From: Rubripirellula sp. | GTDB taxonomy: Bacteria > Planctomycetota > Planctomycetia > Pirellulales > Pirellulaceae | Reading direction: 5' to 3' | Assembly: GCA_965216875.1 (NCBI GenBank) | Contig: OZ244207.1 | Coordinates: 7,104,001 to 7,168,000 of the forward strand | DNA: 64,000 nucleotides | Made by a program: the position numbers and the translations under genes | The notes under the pieces: generated by a model | What the model saw: the letters and a program-made list of their open reading frames with translations, nothing else | The model's database searches: none | What the model was told of the DNA's origin: nothing | Shown: positions 42,261 to 51,846 of the stretch, one piece after another | Layout: each line of letters begins with the position of its first letter | Position numbering within the stretch: the stretch's first letter is position 1

Positions 42261-42331
42261 AAACGACATGGAAAAGCGGGGCAGAGCCTCTCCATGTGTG
42301 GATTGTTGGGGAAGGTTTTTCACAACCAACA
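42217..42331 (-). ncRNA. Candidate small RNA (three hairpins with C-rich loops, ending in an intrinsic terminator)
   Basis: Minus-strand -10-like TATATT at 42338-42343; stems 42304-42331, 42266-42297 and 42224-42260; U7 tail at 42217-42223; no minus-strand CDS explains the terminator. Confidence 0.55.
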
Positions 42332-42503
42332 CGCCCAAATATAGCGACCGGCCGACCACGAGGGAATCATTCGATCAAGGGGTAGGTGTGTACTCCGACA
42401 GATGTCGGCTCAACCTTCTGATGCTAGTCATCGGCAAATGGTTGCGGGTGGCCGCATAAACTTTCCCGTTTTAGCAAAAACAAATCGGTTTGCAGGCTCA
42501 GAC

Positions 42504-43973
42504 ATGGCAGAAGAATCGTCAAAAGCCGAACAAAATCGCGAATTCTCCCCCGCGGAGGGGGCGGAAGAGATTGGTTATCAGCCGGCCGACTTCCGGGTTT
42601 TGGTCGTCGACAATGAGCCAGCTCACGCTCGTGCGATGATGGAATCTTTGGAAAAAGTTGGCTACACCTGCGAAGTGGCCACCAGCGGACCGGAAGCCGC
42701 TGGCCTGATCGAGCGTGAAACCTATGACATCATCATCACCGACATGGTCATGAACGATGTCGATGGCATGAAGATCTTGAACTTGGCAACCGAACGCTTG
42801 CCCGATTGTGCCGTGGTGATGGTCACCGGCCATGCGACGGTGCCGATCGCTGTTGAAGCGATGCAGAAGGGCGCGTTCAACTTCCTTGAAAAGCCGATCA
42901 CGCCCAATCGATTGCGCGCCATCGCCGCCAAGGCAGCAGATTCTGTCGCGCTGCGGCGTCAGAACATCGAACTACGCCAACGTTTGGACGAACGCTTTGG
43001 CTTCGAAGGCATTATCTTCGCCAGCAAGAAAATGGCGACGGTGATTGATCGCTTGCGTCGCATTGCGGCGACCGATGCGACGGTATTGATCACAGGCGAA
43101 AGTGGGACGGGCAAAGAGATGATCGCGCAAGCCATTCATCAAAACAGCCCTCGTCGAAACAAACGTATTGTTCCGATCAATACTCGGGCGGTGACGGAGA
43201 CACTTGTAGAAAGTGAACTCTTTGGTCACGTCAAAGGTGCCTTTACCGATGCTGTTTCGGATCGCGTCGGCCAGTTCGAATACGCCAACGGCGGTACGTT
43301 GTTCCTTGACGAAGTGGGCGACATGCCAATGAGCACGCAGATCAAGCTGCTGCGTGTCTTGGAAGAAAACGAAATCACGCGCGTCGGTGACAACAAACCG
43401 ATCAAGGTGAACGTTCGATTGATTTCGGCAACCAACCGTCCGCTTGAAGAAATGATCGACGGTGGCACGTTTCGCAATGACCTCTACTTTCGCTTGAAAG
43501 TGGTCACGGTCGAGTTGCCATCGCTCCGTGAGCGACGTGACGATGTGATTCCGTTGATGGATCACTTTCGCAAGATGTTCCTGCGTCATCATGACAAGCC
43601 GGTCGCCCACTTTACACCCGCAGTGACGAAGCGATTCTTCAACTACGATTGGCCCGGCAACGTTCGTCAGTTGCGCAACTTCGTGGAAACGATGATCGTG
43701 CTCGATACCGATGGCACGCTCGATTTGGACGACTTGCCGCCCGAGCTGGATGACGGCACGGTCGAAGTGAGCGAAGAAGCCACCCTGTTGTCGGGTGAAT
43801 CGAATTTGATCGGTCAGCCACTTAGCGTGATCGAACGTTGGGCGATCGAAGAAACTCTCAAATTGACCGGCGACAACCGCGAAGAGACCGCAAAGGTGCT
43901 CGGAATCGGAGCCCGGACGCTTTACCGCAGGCTCGATCAGTACAAGAAAGAAGAAGACGAAGGCGAGGCGTGA
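42504..43973 (+). CDS. Sigma-54-dependent response regulator (NtrC/AtoC family: REC-AAA+-Fis HTH)
   Basis: REC (VLVVDNE, IITD, FLEKP); GESGTGKE; ESELFGHVKGAFTDA; LFLDEVG; WPGNVRQL; LGIGARTLYRRL. Confidence 0.95.
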   Translation: MAEESSKAEQNREFSPAEGAEEIGYQPADFRVLVVDNEPAHARAMMESLEKVGYTCEVATSGPEAAGLIERETYDIIITDMVMNDVDGMKILNLATERLPDCAVVMVTGHATVPIAVEAMQKGAFNFLEKPITPNRLRAIAAKAADSVALRRQNIELRQRLDERFGFEGIIFASKKMATVIDRLRRIAATDATVLITGESGTGKEMIAQAIHQNSPRRNKRIVPINTRAVTETLVESELFGHVKGAFTDAVSDRVGQFEYANGGTLFLDEVGDMPMSTQIKLLRVLEENEITRVGDNKPIKVNVRLISATNRPLEEMIDGGTFRNDLYFRLKVVTVELPSLRERRDDVIPLMDHFRKMFLRHHDKPVAHFTPAVTKRFFNYDWPGNVRQLRNFVETMIVLDTDGTLDLDDLPPELDDGTVEVSEEATLLSGESNLIGQPLSVIERWAIEETLKLTGDNREETAKVLGIGARTLYRRLDQYKKEEDEGEA

Positions 43974-44017
43974 TCCCGTCCTCGTTTACGCGGTCCCCGT
44001 GGGAACGCACGCTTCGC

Positions 44018-44093
44018 TGAGCCGTACGCGCTAGCGTCGGGCCCGGCACGCTAAAGACTCTCGAAAGGCCCGACGCTAGCGCGTTCGGCTCAC
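44018..44093. repeat. REP-like inverted pair, family A
   Basis: TGAGCCGTACGCGCTAGCGTCGGGCC ... GGCCCGACGCTAGCGCGTTCGGCTCA, between convergent genes. Confidence 0.8.
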
Positions 44094-44116
44094 AGGTGGG
44101 CGTCCCGCGAACGTGA

Positions 44117-45184
44117 TCACTTCTCTTCTTGCGAACCGTGAACTTCGCGTGGCACGTACCGGCCGGGCAAGTCTTCGCCGTAGTGGGCGGCAAGGTGTTG
44201 TTCGAACTCTTCCTTAGTACGCATTTTTGCAAACGCGACTCGCACTTCCTGATGGTTAGGGTGCGAATGAGAGTACTTGATGCAGAACTTGCGCATCAGT
44301 AGCGGCGCGCGGTCGACGGTGTAGGTCTGCTCGCAGAGTTCGAAATGCTCTCGCATCACTGCGGCTTGTTGATGCAGCGATGGAGGAGCCGGTAGGGGCT
44401 GGCCATCGCATAACGCACGAGCTTGTTCGAAGATCCATGGATTCCCAATCGCGCCGCGAGCCACCGTCACTCCATCGATGCCCGTTTCATCAAGCATCCT
44501 TAAACAGTCTTCTGCCGAAAACAGGTCGCCGCTTCCGAGGATCTTCAGGCGGTCCCCAACATGTTGTTTCACATCGGCAAGAAACTCCCAGCGACTTGGG
44601 CCAACATAGCGTTGCATCACCGTGCGTCCGTGGACGGTCGCGCCGGCCAGGCCATGTTCGATCGCACCATCGAGGATCTGAAAGAAGTGATCGCGAGACT
44701 CCTGGGAATCGTCGATGCCACGCCGCATTTTGACGGTGACCGGGATGTGGTCAGGAACCACATCGCGGGTGCGTCTGAGGATCTCGATGGCGACATCGGG
44801 CTGCGACAGGTGAAAGCCTCCGCGGCAACGTCCGAGGACTTTTTTCACCGGACAACCAAAGTTGACGTCGATAATGTCAAATCCGGCTTCGACAAGTTTG
44901 AGTGCCCCGAGAGAAAACTGCTCTGGTTCGGCACCCATCAATTGGCCGCCGACCGGGTGTTCGTCCGGGTGAATATCTAAGAAGTGTTTCGTTTTTTTGC
45001 GTTCGTTCAGTGCCAACAGGAACTGGTCCAGCATCACCTCGCAAATCGAATAACTCGCTCCGTGCCGACGCGCCACGACTCGCATCGGCAAGTCGCTGTA
45101 GCCAGACAGGGCAGCCTGCACGATCGGAAACCCAATCGTGACGTTTCCGATTTGAAGCGGTGCGGTTTGAAAGGAAACACTCAT
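44117..45184 (-). CDS. tRNA-dihydrouridine synthase (Dus family, DusB-like)
   Basis: DVNFGCPVKKV, PVTVKMRRG, TVHGRT, GSGD, VARGAIGNPWIF. Confidence 0.92.
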   Translation of the reverse strand: MSVSFQTAPLQIGNVTIGFPIVQAALSGYSDLPMRVVARRHGASYSICEVMLDQFLLALNERKKTKHFLDIHPDEHPVGGQLMGAEPEQFSLGALKLVEAGFDIIDVNFGCPVKKVLGRCRGGFHLSQPDVAIEILRRTRDVVPDHIPVTVKMRRGIDDSQESRDHFFQILDGAIEHGLAGATVHGRTVMQRYVGPSRWEFLADVKQHVGDRLKILGSGDLFSAEDCLRMLDETGIDGVTVARGAIGNPWIFEQARALCDGQPLPAPPSLHQQAAVMREHFELCEQTYTVDRAPLLMRKFCIKYSHSHPNHQEVRVAFAKMRTKEEFEQHLAAHYGEDLPGRYVPREVHGSQEEK

Positions 45185-45319
45185 GCTAGGAATGATAGAT
45201 TGTGCGGCAATTGCAATCAGCGATTCAATTGGCCGTTCACAAAGGACTTGTAGGGTTGGTTAAGTTGGTTGAACGAGAATTTGCACCTACGGTACACGAA
45301 TGATCCCGAAGTCGTCATC

Positions 45320-46453
45320 ATGCACACTCAAATGTTCCGAACCCGATTTCTTCTACTGCTGGTTTTGACAGCGACCGCAACAACCAGTTCCCAATCCATC
45401 GCTGAAACATCGAATATGAAAATCGAATCCGCACCGTTTGGTAAGACCGCCGATGGCGACGAGGTGACTCGTTTCACGCTGATCAATTCCCATGGACACT
45501 CCGTCGCTCTGATGAATTGGGGAGCGACGTTGATGGACGTCCGTGTGCCTGATCGTGACGGCAATCTGGCGAACGTCAACCTCAGCTTCGATTCGCTCGA
45601 GCCCTACCTGGACGGGCATCCCTATTTCGGAAGCACCGTGGGACGCTTCTGCAATCGCATCGGCGAAGGCAAGTTTTCGATCGACGGCCAGGATTATCAG
45701 GTCACCGTCAACTTGGGCGACCATCACATCCATGGAGGTAAGGTTAACTTCACCTACCAATTTTGGAATGCCGAGAGTTATGAAACCGATGACACCGTGG
45801 GGGTTCGCTTCACGCTGACCAGCCCCGACGGCCAAGAGGGCTATCCAGGCACGGTCCAGGCAACCGTTGACTACAGTTGGAACGACAAGAGCGAGCTTCG
45901 AATCGCCTTCACCGCGACGACGGACAAGCCGACTCACGTCAATCTGACCAACCACAGTTATTGGAATCTCGGCGGAGCCGGTTCCGGATCGGCCATGGAT
46001 CACGTGGCCACGATCGCGGCAGATCAATCGCTGGATGTGGACGAGGACCTGATTCCGACCGGCAAATTGAATGACGTCGAGGGTACGGTGCTCGATTTTC
46101 GTCAGCCCACGGCACTCGGCCAACGCGTCGATCAACTTCCCGCAACCAAGGGGTATGATCACTGCTATGTGGTTCGCGGCGAAGCGGGGACCTTGCGCCA
46201 CGCCGCATTGGTGGTCGACCCAGACACCGGCCGGACCCTCGAAATTGAAACGACCCAGCCTGGAATGCAGCTCTATACGGCCAATCATCTTCCAGGAAAT
46301 GAACGCTCAGCCGGCGCGGGGCAACACGAAGCGTTCTGTTTGGAAACGCAACACTATCCCAACGCGCCGAATCGCGAATCGTTTCCAACCACTCTTCTGA
46401 GGCCAGGTGAGACGCTTGAGGAAGTAACCATTCACCGCTTCGGACTCAAATAG
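45320..46453 (+). CDS. galM: Aldose 1-epimerase (mutarotase) with an N-terminal signal peptide
   Basis: YFGSTVGRFCNRI, HHIHGG, GYPG, NLTNHSYWNL, GYDHCY, FCLETQHYPN. Confidence 0.93.
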   Translation: MHTQMFRTRFLLLLVLTATATTSSQSIAETSNMKIESAPFGKTADGDEVTRFTLINSHGHSVALMNWGATLMDVRVPDRDGNLANVNLSFDSLEPYLDGHPYFGSTVGRFCNRIGEGKFSIDGQDYQVTVNLGDHHIHGGKVNFTYQFWNAESYETDDTVGVRFTLTSPDGQEGYPGTVQATVDYSWNDKSELRIAFTATTDKPTHVNLTNHSYWNLGGAGSGSAMDHVATIAADQSLDVDEDLIPTGKLNDVEGTVLDFRQPTALGQRVDQLPATKGYDHCYVVRGEAGTLRHAALVVDPDTGRTLEIETTQPGMQLYTANHLPGNERSAGAGQHEAFCLETQHYPNAPNRESFPTTLLRPGETLEEVTIHRFGLK

Positions 46454-46801
46454 TCGATCGTTAAGGTGGAACCGAAGTCCCTCAATTGCGCACAAGAGCA
46501 ATCTGGTTGTGGTTGTCCGCAACTGATGCGAATTGCTCTTGGCGTTGTGTTGCTGCATGCCCTAGAAAGCAAATTAGGGAAATTAATCGCCCTTGACGTG
46601 TTGACGGACAACATGAGCATGCGAGAAACCGATTGAGGGTAGTTAATTGGTTTCAAATTTGAGACGACGCTTCGGGGCAGATCGTTGCATCTCAAGCATT
46701 CGCATGTTCAGAGCCGAGTCCCCCAGGATCGGGTACGGATCCTGGGTAACTCGCACGTCGTCTCAAAGGCCATGTGCTGCATGGCATCTCTGGTTTGTAG
46801 A

Positions 46802-47314
46802 ACTACAAACTGCCAAACTCTCCTGGCAAAACATGAGCCGCAGAGCGATAGCTCGCGGTTTTTCGAAACGCGGAGAGGATGTAGGAACCGCACGCTATCG
46901 CGTTGCGGCTGATCGTTCGTAGTCCCGCCTTCAGGCGGAAGGCTTGAAGATTCCGGCTAAAGCTCGGTACTACAAACTGCCAAACTCTCCTGGGAAAAAC
47001 ATGAGCCGCAGAGCGATAGCTCGCGGTTTTTCGAAGCTCGGAGAAGATGTGGAAACCGCACGCTATCGCGTTGCGGCTGATCGTTCGTAGTCGCGCCTTC
47101 AGGCGGAGGGCGTGAAGATTCCGGCTAAAGCTCGGTACTACAAACTGCCCAACTCTTCTGGCAAAGACATGAACCGCAGAGCGATAGCTCGCGGTTTTTC
47201 GAAACGCGGAGAAGATGTAGAAACCGCACGCTATCGCGTTGCGGCTGATCGTTCGTAGTCCCGCCTTCAGGCGGAGGGCGTGAAGATTCCGGCGAAAGCT
47301 CGGTACTACAAACT
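46802..47314. repeat. Three tandem units of about 168 bp (BIME-like: two alternating REP doublets)
   Basis: Units start with ACTACAAACT at 46802, 46969 and 47137 (again at 47305); each has CATGAGCCGCAGAGCGATAGC...GCTATCGCGTTGCGGCTGAT and GTAGTCCCGCCTTCAGGCGG...CCGGCTAAAGCTCGGTACTAC. Confidence 0.9.
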
Positions 47315-48716
47315 AGGCAAGCACTTCGTTCACAACGTGCGCTGGTTCGACGCCGGTCAGGCGCATGTCCAAACCTTGGAACTTGAAACTGAAACGTTGG
47401 TGGTCGATTCCCAACAGGTGCAGCATCGTTGCATGGAAGTCATGAACCGAAACCACGTCTTCGACGGCGTTGTAACCGAGTTCATCGGTGGCACCATGAG
47501 TCACGCCACCTTTGATGCCACCGCCAGCCATCCAAAGCGAGAAGCCTTTGATATGGTGATCGCGACCAGGATTGTTGCCGCCACCTTGTGACATCGGCGT
47601 GCGTCCGAACTCGCCACTGAAAACGACGAGCGTGTCTTTCAACATCCCGCGTTGCTTCAAGTCCTTGACGAGCGCGGCGGTTGCTTGGTCGACAAGTTTT
47701 GCCGTGACGCCGACACCGTTCTTGACGCCACCGTGATGGTCCCAGCCGCGGTGATACAGCTGGATAAACCGAACGCCCCGCTCGGCCAACCGACGCGCGA
47801 GCAGGCAGTTGCTGGCGAACGAACCGTCGCCCGGTTTGGCTCCATACAGGTCGAGCGTTTCTTGGGATTCATCTGAAACGTCGACCAACTCGGGAACACT
47901 CGCCTGCATTTTGAACGCCAGTTCATATTGGGCGATTCCGGTTGCGATTTCGGGATTGTCGACCCAGCGATTGCGCAAGCGGTTCAAATCATTGACGGTG
48001 TTGATCACCTGTTGTTGGTCGTCGCGATCGACACCAGGCGGGTTGCCAACGTAAAGGACGGGATCGCCTTTGGAATGAAAATGGACGCCTTGGTATCGAC
48101 TTGGCAAAAAGCCGCTGTGCCATTGTCGCGACGCAATCGGCTGCGACTGGCCACCACCGACCGAAGTCAGCACGACGAAACCGGGCAAGTCCTGTGCTTC
48201 GCTGCCGAGGCCGTACTGAATCCACGATCCCATGCACGGACGTCCTGAGATCTGCGTGCCGCAGTTCATGAACGTGTGAGCGGGGTCATGGTTGATCTGT
48301 TTGGTTGTCATCGATCGAACGATCGCCATTTCGTCGGCGATGTCGCCAAGATGGGTGAACGCGTCGGAGATTTCTTGCCCCGATTCACCACGCGGCGTGA
48401 ACTTGAACTGTGGGCCAAGGCATTTCAGTTCTTTGCCTTGCAGCTGTGCGATCGGTTGCCCATCGGTGAACGAGTTGGGCATTGGCTTGCCGTCCATTTC
48501 GGCAAGCTTTGGTTTGTGGTCGAACGTTTCGAGGTGCGACGGTCCGCCAGCCATGCATAAAAAGATGACCCGTTTTGCCTTGGCGGGAAAATGCGGCTCG
48601 AGGTTTCCGAGGCTTTTCGATCCGTTTTGGTCAGCAAGGATTTGGCTGGCCAAGGCAAGCGAACCGATGCCAACGGCTTGACGATTGATAAAGGTGCGTC
48701 GATTGATTTGGAACAT
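47313..48716 (-). CDS. DUF1501 domain protein (Tat-like leader)
   Basis: NRRTFI leader; AKRVIFLCMAGGPSHLETFD; CLLARRLAERGVRF; GEFGRTP; GRDHH. Confidence 0.93.
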   Translation of the reverse strand: MFQINRRTFINRQAVGIGSLALASQILADQNGSKSLGNLEPHFPAKAKRVIFLCMAGGPSHLETFDHKPKLAEMDGKPMPNSFTDGQPIAQLQGKELKCLGPQFKFTPRGESGQEISDAFTHLGDIADEMAIVRSMTTKQINHDPAHTFMNCGTQISGRPCMGSWIQYGLGSEAQDLPGFVVLTSVGGGQSQPIASRQWHSGFLPSRYQGVHFHSKGDPVLYVGNPPGVDRDDQQQVINTVNDLNRLRNRWVDNPEIATGIAQYELAFKMQASVPELVDVSDESQETLDLYGAKPGDGSFASNCLLARRLAERGVRFIQLYHRGWDHHGGVKNGVGVTAKLVDQATAALVKDLKQRGMLKDTLVVFSGEFGRTPMSQGGGNNPGRDHHIKGFSLWMAGGGIKGGVTHGATDELGYNAVEDVVSVHDFHATMLHLLGIDHQRFSFKFQGLDMRLTGVEPAHVVNEVLA

Positions 48717-48736
48717 AGTGTCGTATGATCAGTCGG

Positions 48737-51700
48737 TTAGAAACGCGAAGTGGTTTCGTAGAGGTTGATGATGGCTCGAGCGACTTGCGTCCAAGCGGCG
48801 AATTCGGCAGGGTCGCTGCGGTTGGCGTTTGATTCGGATGCACCGACTTTCAAGAGTTGGCCGGCGCGTTCCGAGCTTTGGTGGAAACGCTCGATTTGGT
48901 GTTGGTAGAGTTGTGCGAGCAGTTGAACTTCTTCGCTGCTCGGATCGCGCGAGACTGCTTTGCGGAACGCCCAGCGGATCTTTGCTTCGGTGTCCCCTTC
49001 GGCGGCCGCGATCTTGGCGGCGAAAACACGTGCGGCTTCAACGAAGGTTGGATCGTTCAGCAAGACGAGGGCTTGCTGCGGAATGTTCGAGCGCGCTCGC
49101 TGTGCCGTGCACTCTTCGCGGCTGGTCGCGTCAAAGGCGAGCATCGCGGGGTGCAAGAATGTTCGACACCAGAATGTGTACAAGCTGCGGCGATAAAGGT
49201 TGTCACCTTGATCGGCTTGCCACGAGCGTTTGGGGAAATTCAAGTGCTGCCAATAACCGGCGGGTTGGTACGGTTTGACGCTCTTGCCGCCCACCGAGCT
49301 GTCTTGCAAGAGACCTGCGATGGACAGCGCGGCGTCACGCACAAATTCAGCTTCCAAACGCCACCGACCTTGTCGGGCGTACAGCCGATTGCCGGGGTCT
49401 TGCGATCGGCTCTTGGCCGACCCAACTGAGGATTGAGCGTAGGTGTCGCTGGTGACCAACAATCGAACCATGTGTTTGACATCCCAGCCACTCTCTTGGA
49501 ATTCAACCGAGAGCCAATCGAGCAGTTGCGGGTGCGTCGGTGGCTGGCCTTGGCCGCCGATGTCGTCAAGGTTGCGCGAGAGTCCTTCGCCAAAGTAGAG
49601 CTTCCAAAGTCGGTTGACGAACGTTCGCGATGTGAGCGGGTTATCCGAACGCATGATCCACTTGGCCAAGTCGAGTCGATTGGCGCGGCGATCAGTGATT
49701 GCGTCATGCGGCAGGAATTCGGGCACGGCGGGATCGACCACGTCACCAGAATCGTCAAGCCAGTTGCCGCGAGGCAAAATGCGAGTCATCCGCGGCTCGG
49801 CAATCGTTTCGGTGACCAGCGTGGTTCTCGCCGAGCCTTCAATTTCCGCAATGCGTTTTTCGGCGGCGGCTAGCTTGTCTTTGTAGGGCTGAAGTTCAGG
49901 CGAGAATTGTTCGTAGTGGGCGCGGAGCGTCTTGGCCTGCTGGGCAGTGCGTTTCTCAGCAGGCGTCTTGAGCGCGGCGACGACGCTGTCAGGGATCGTT
50001 GCGGCGTCGAGGTTTGCACTTTCACGATCCGTGACGCCCAATCGGAAGCGACCGATCAAGTGTTGTTTGTGTACTGACGTATGATCGAGCTTGATGGTCA
50101 GCGTGCCACCTTTACTGCCAAAGTCGTGGGGAGTCTTCAAGCGGAAGACCGCGGAACGCTTTTCGGCTTTCTTGTGGTGGCCGTCGATTGCCCAGCCCGT
50201 CGTGCTGCTCTTGTCGAGGGTGTGGGCGATGGGCCAGCCAGCTTGTTCGTAGTTGGCGTCGGCCTTTGCGATCGATAGTGCCTTGTCACCGGCGCTGATC
50301 TTGACGTCGGTAAGGACGAAGTTGCCGTTGCCGCGTGAGAACCCCGTTCCCGGAAAGCCGGGCGTGCTAAAGGTTTCGAGCCGTACGGCGTTTACCTTGC
50401 CTTGGACGTCAAGCGAAACGGTATAGCTTCCTTTGTTCGGGTTACTGCCGGCGCTTTTGAGCGAGCCATCTGGTTGAGCTTCGAGTTTGACGCCGTCGGA
50501 GGCTTCCGTTTTGGATGGTTTGGGAGTTTGCCAAACCGAGCTTCCCGATTCGATGTCACGCAGGGCTTCGGATTCCCATTGCGTTTGGCCTTTAGCAACC
50601 GCTTGAGCAAGTTCTTGGTTGCTCGCGAGCAGCGCCGGCAAGCGAAGTGATTCGATGTCCGATTTCAGACTGGCGATCTCCGCAAGTTGCTGATCGGTGT
50701 ACATCTTCAAGTTCGGTTCACGCTTGCCGACGGCCCGTTCTTTGATGTCTGCAAAGAAGGCTGCGAGCGAGTAGAAATCTCGCATCGTGATCGGGTCGTA
50801 TTTGTGGTCGTGGCATTGGGCGCATCCGACCGTCATTCCCATCCATACCGCCGATACGTTTCGAACACGGTCGGCAGCATAGATTGCGATGTACTCTTTC
50901 GCCTGTGCCCCGCCCTCTTCGGTCGTTTGCAGCAAGCGGTTGTAGCCCGATGCCACTCTTTGCGTTTCGGTTGGCTCCGGCAGTAAGTCGCCGGCGAGCT
51001 GTTCGGTGGTGAATTGGTCGAACGGTTTGTTGTGGTTGAACGCATCGATCACATAGTCGCGATAGGCCGATACTTCCATGTACGTGTCGCTGTGATAGCC
51101 AATCGTGTCGGCATAACGAACGAGGTCCAGCCAATAGACTGCCATGCGTTCGCCGAATCGTTTGTCGTCAAGCAAGCGATTGACGAGCGAGAGGTAGGCC
51201 TCTTCGGATGAATCGTTGACAAAGGCCTCGATTTCTTGTGGCGTCGGTGGAACGCCGAGCAGGTCGAGGTAGAGTCGCCGGGCGAGTGTTGTTTTGTCGG
51301 CTCGGTCGGCGGGTTGAAGCCCTTGCTTTGCGAGCTTGGCTTGAATGAAGCAATCGATCGGTTGGAGTGATTCGGAATCACCAACGTCGGGAACCTCTGG
51401 GCGGGTCACAGGTCGAAAGGACCAGTGCTTTTCATAGATCGCGCCCTCGGCGATCCATTTTCGAATGACCTCGATTTCCTCGGCCGACATCGGTTTGTTG
51501 ATGTGCGGCGGAGGCATCTTTTCATGTTCGTCGTCCGATAGAATTCGCTCCATCACCAGAGAAGGCTCATCCGTTTCGCTCAGCAAAGCTTCGACGGTGG
51601 TCTCTTCACGCAGGTCAAACCTCAAGTCGGCTTCACGCGTGTGTTCATCTGGTCCGTGACATGCAAAACACTTGTCGGAAAGGATGGGACGAACGTCATC

Positions 51701-51793
51701 AACGAAGGAGACCGAAGCCTCATCGGCCTGTGCGACCATTGTCGCCTGAACAACCAAAAGGAAAGTACAGGCGAAGTGCACCAAACGAATCAT
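48737..51793 (-). CDS. Planctomycete cytochrome c / DUF1549 / DUF1553 (PSD1) protein
   Basis: Heme motifs CFACH and CAQCH; RRLYLDLLG; WLDLVRYADT; NPLTSRTFVNRLW; PTHPQLLDWL; paired with DUF1501. Confidence 0.93.
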   Translation of the reverse strand: MIRLVHFACTFLLVVQATMVAQADEASVSFVDDVRPILSDKCFACHGPDEHTREADLRFDLREETTVEALLSETDEPSLVMERILSDDEHEKMPPPHINKPMSAEEIEVIRKWIAEGAIYEKHWSFRPVTRPEVPDVGDSESLQPIDCFIQAKLAKQGLQPADRADKTTLARRLYLDLLGVPPTPQEIEAFVNDSSEEAYLSLVNRLLDDKRFGERMAVYWLDLVRYADTIGYHSDTYMEVSAYRDYVIDAFNHNKPFDQFTTEQLAGDLLPEPTETQRVASGYNRLLQTTEEGGAQAKEYIAIYAADRVRNVSAVWMGMTVGCAQCHDHKYDPITMRDFYSLAAFFADIKERAVGKREPNLKMYTDQQLAEIASLKSDIESLRLPALLASNQELAQAVAKGQTQWESEALRDIESGSSVWQTPKPSKTEASDGVKLEAQPDGSLKSAGSNPNKGSYTVSLDVQGKVNAVRLETFSTPGFPGTGFSRGNGNFVLTDVKISAGDKALSIAKADANYEQAGWPIAHTLDKSSTTGWAIDGHHKKAEKRSAVFRLKTPHDFGSKGGTLTIKLDHTSVHKQHLIGRFRLGVTDRESANLDAATIPDSVVAALKTPAEKRTAQQAKTLRAHYEQFSPELQPYKDKLAAAEKRIAEIEGSARTTLVTETIAEPRMTRILPRGNWLDDSGDVVDPAVPEFLPHDAITDRRANRLDLAKWIMRSDNPLTSRTFVNRLWKLYFGEGLSRNLDDIGGQGQPPTHPQLLDWLSVEFQESGWDVKHMVRLLVTSDTYAQSSVGSAKSRSQDPGNRLYARQGRWRLEAEFVRDAALSIAGLLQDSSVGGKSVKPYQPAGYWQHLNFPKRSWQADQGDNLYRRSLYTFWCRTFLHPAMLAFDATSREECTAQRARSNIPQQALVLLNDPTFVEAARVFAAKIAAAEGDTEAKIRWAFRKAVSRDPSSEEVQLLAQLYQHQIERFHQSSERAGQLLKVGASESNANRSDPAEFAAWTQVARAIINLYETTSRF

Positions 51794-51846
51794 GTTTTGC
51801 GAAACGGATTGGGAGGGAGGGAGCGTAGAACGGTTGCTGAGGAACG

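Noticed and set aside
46479..46767. tmRNA, RNase P RNA, SRP RNA or tRNA
   Set aside because: Diagnostic motifs (T-loop GGTTCGA with acceptor stem, GAGGAAAGTCC, SRP domain IV) were not found on either strand
46802..47314. CRISPR array
   Set aside because: Whole 168-bp units repeat, including the would-be spacers; no unique spacers and no cas genes
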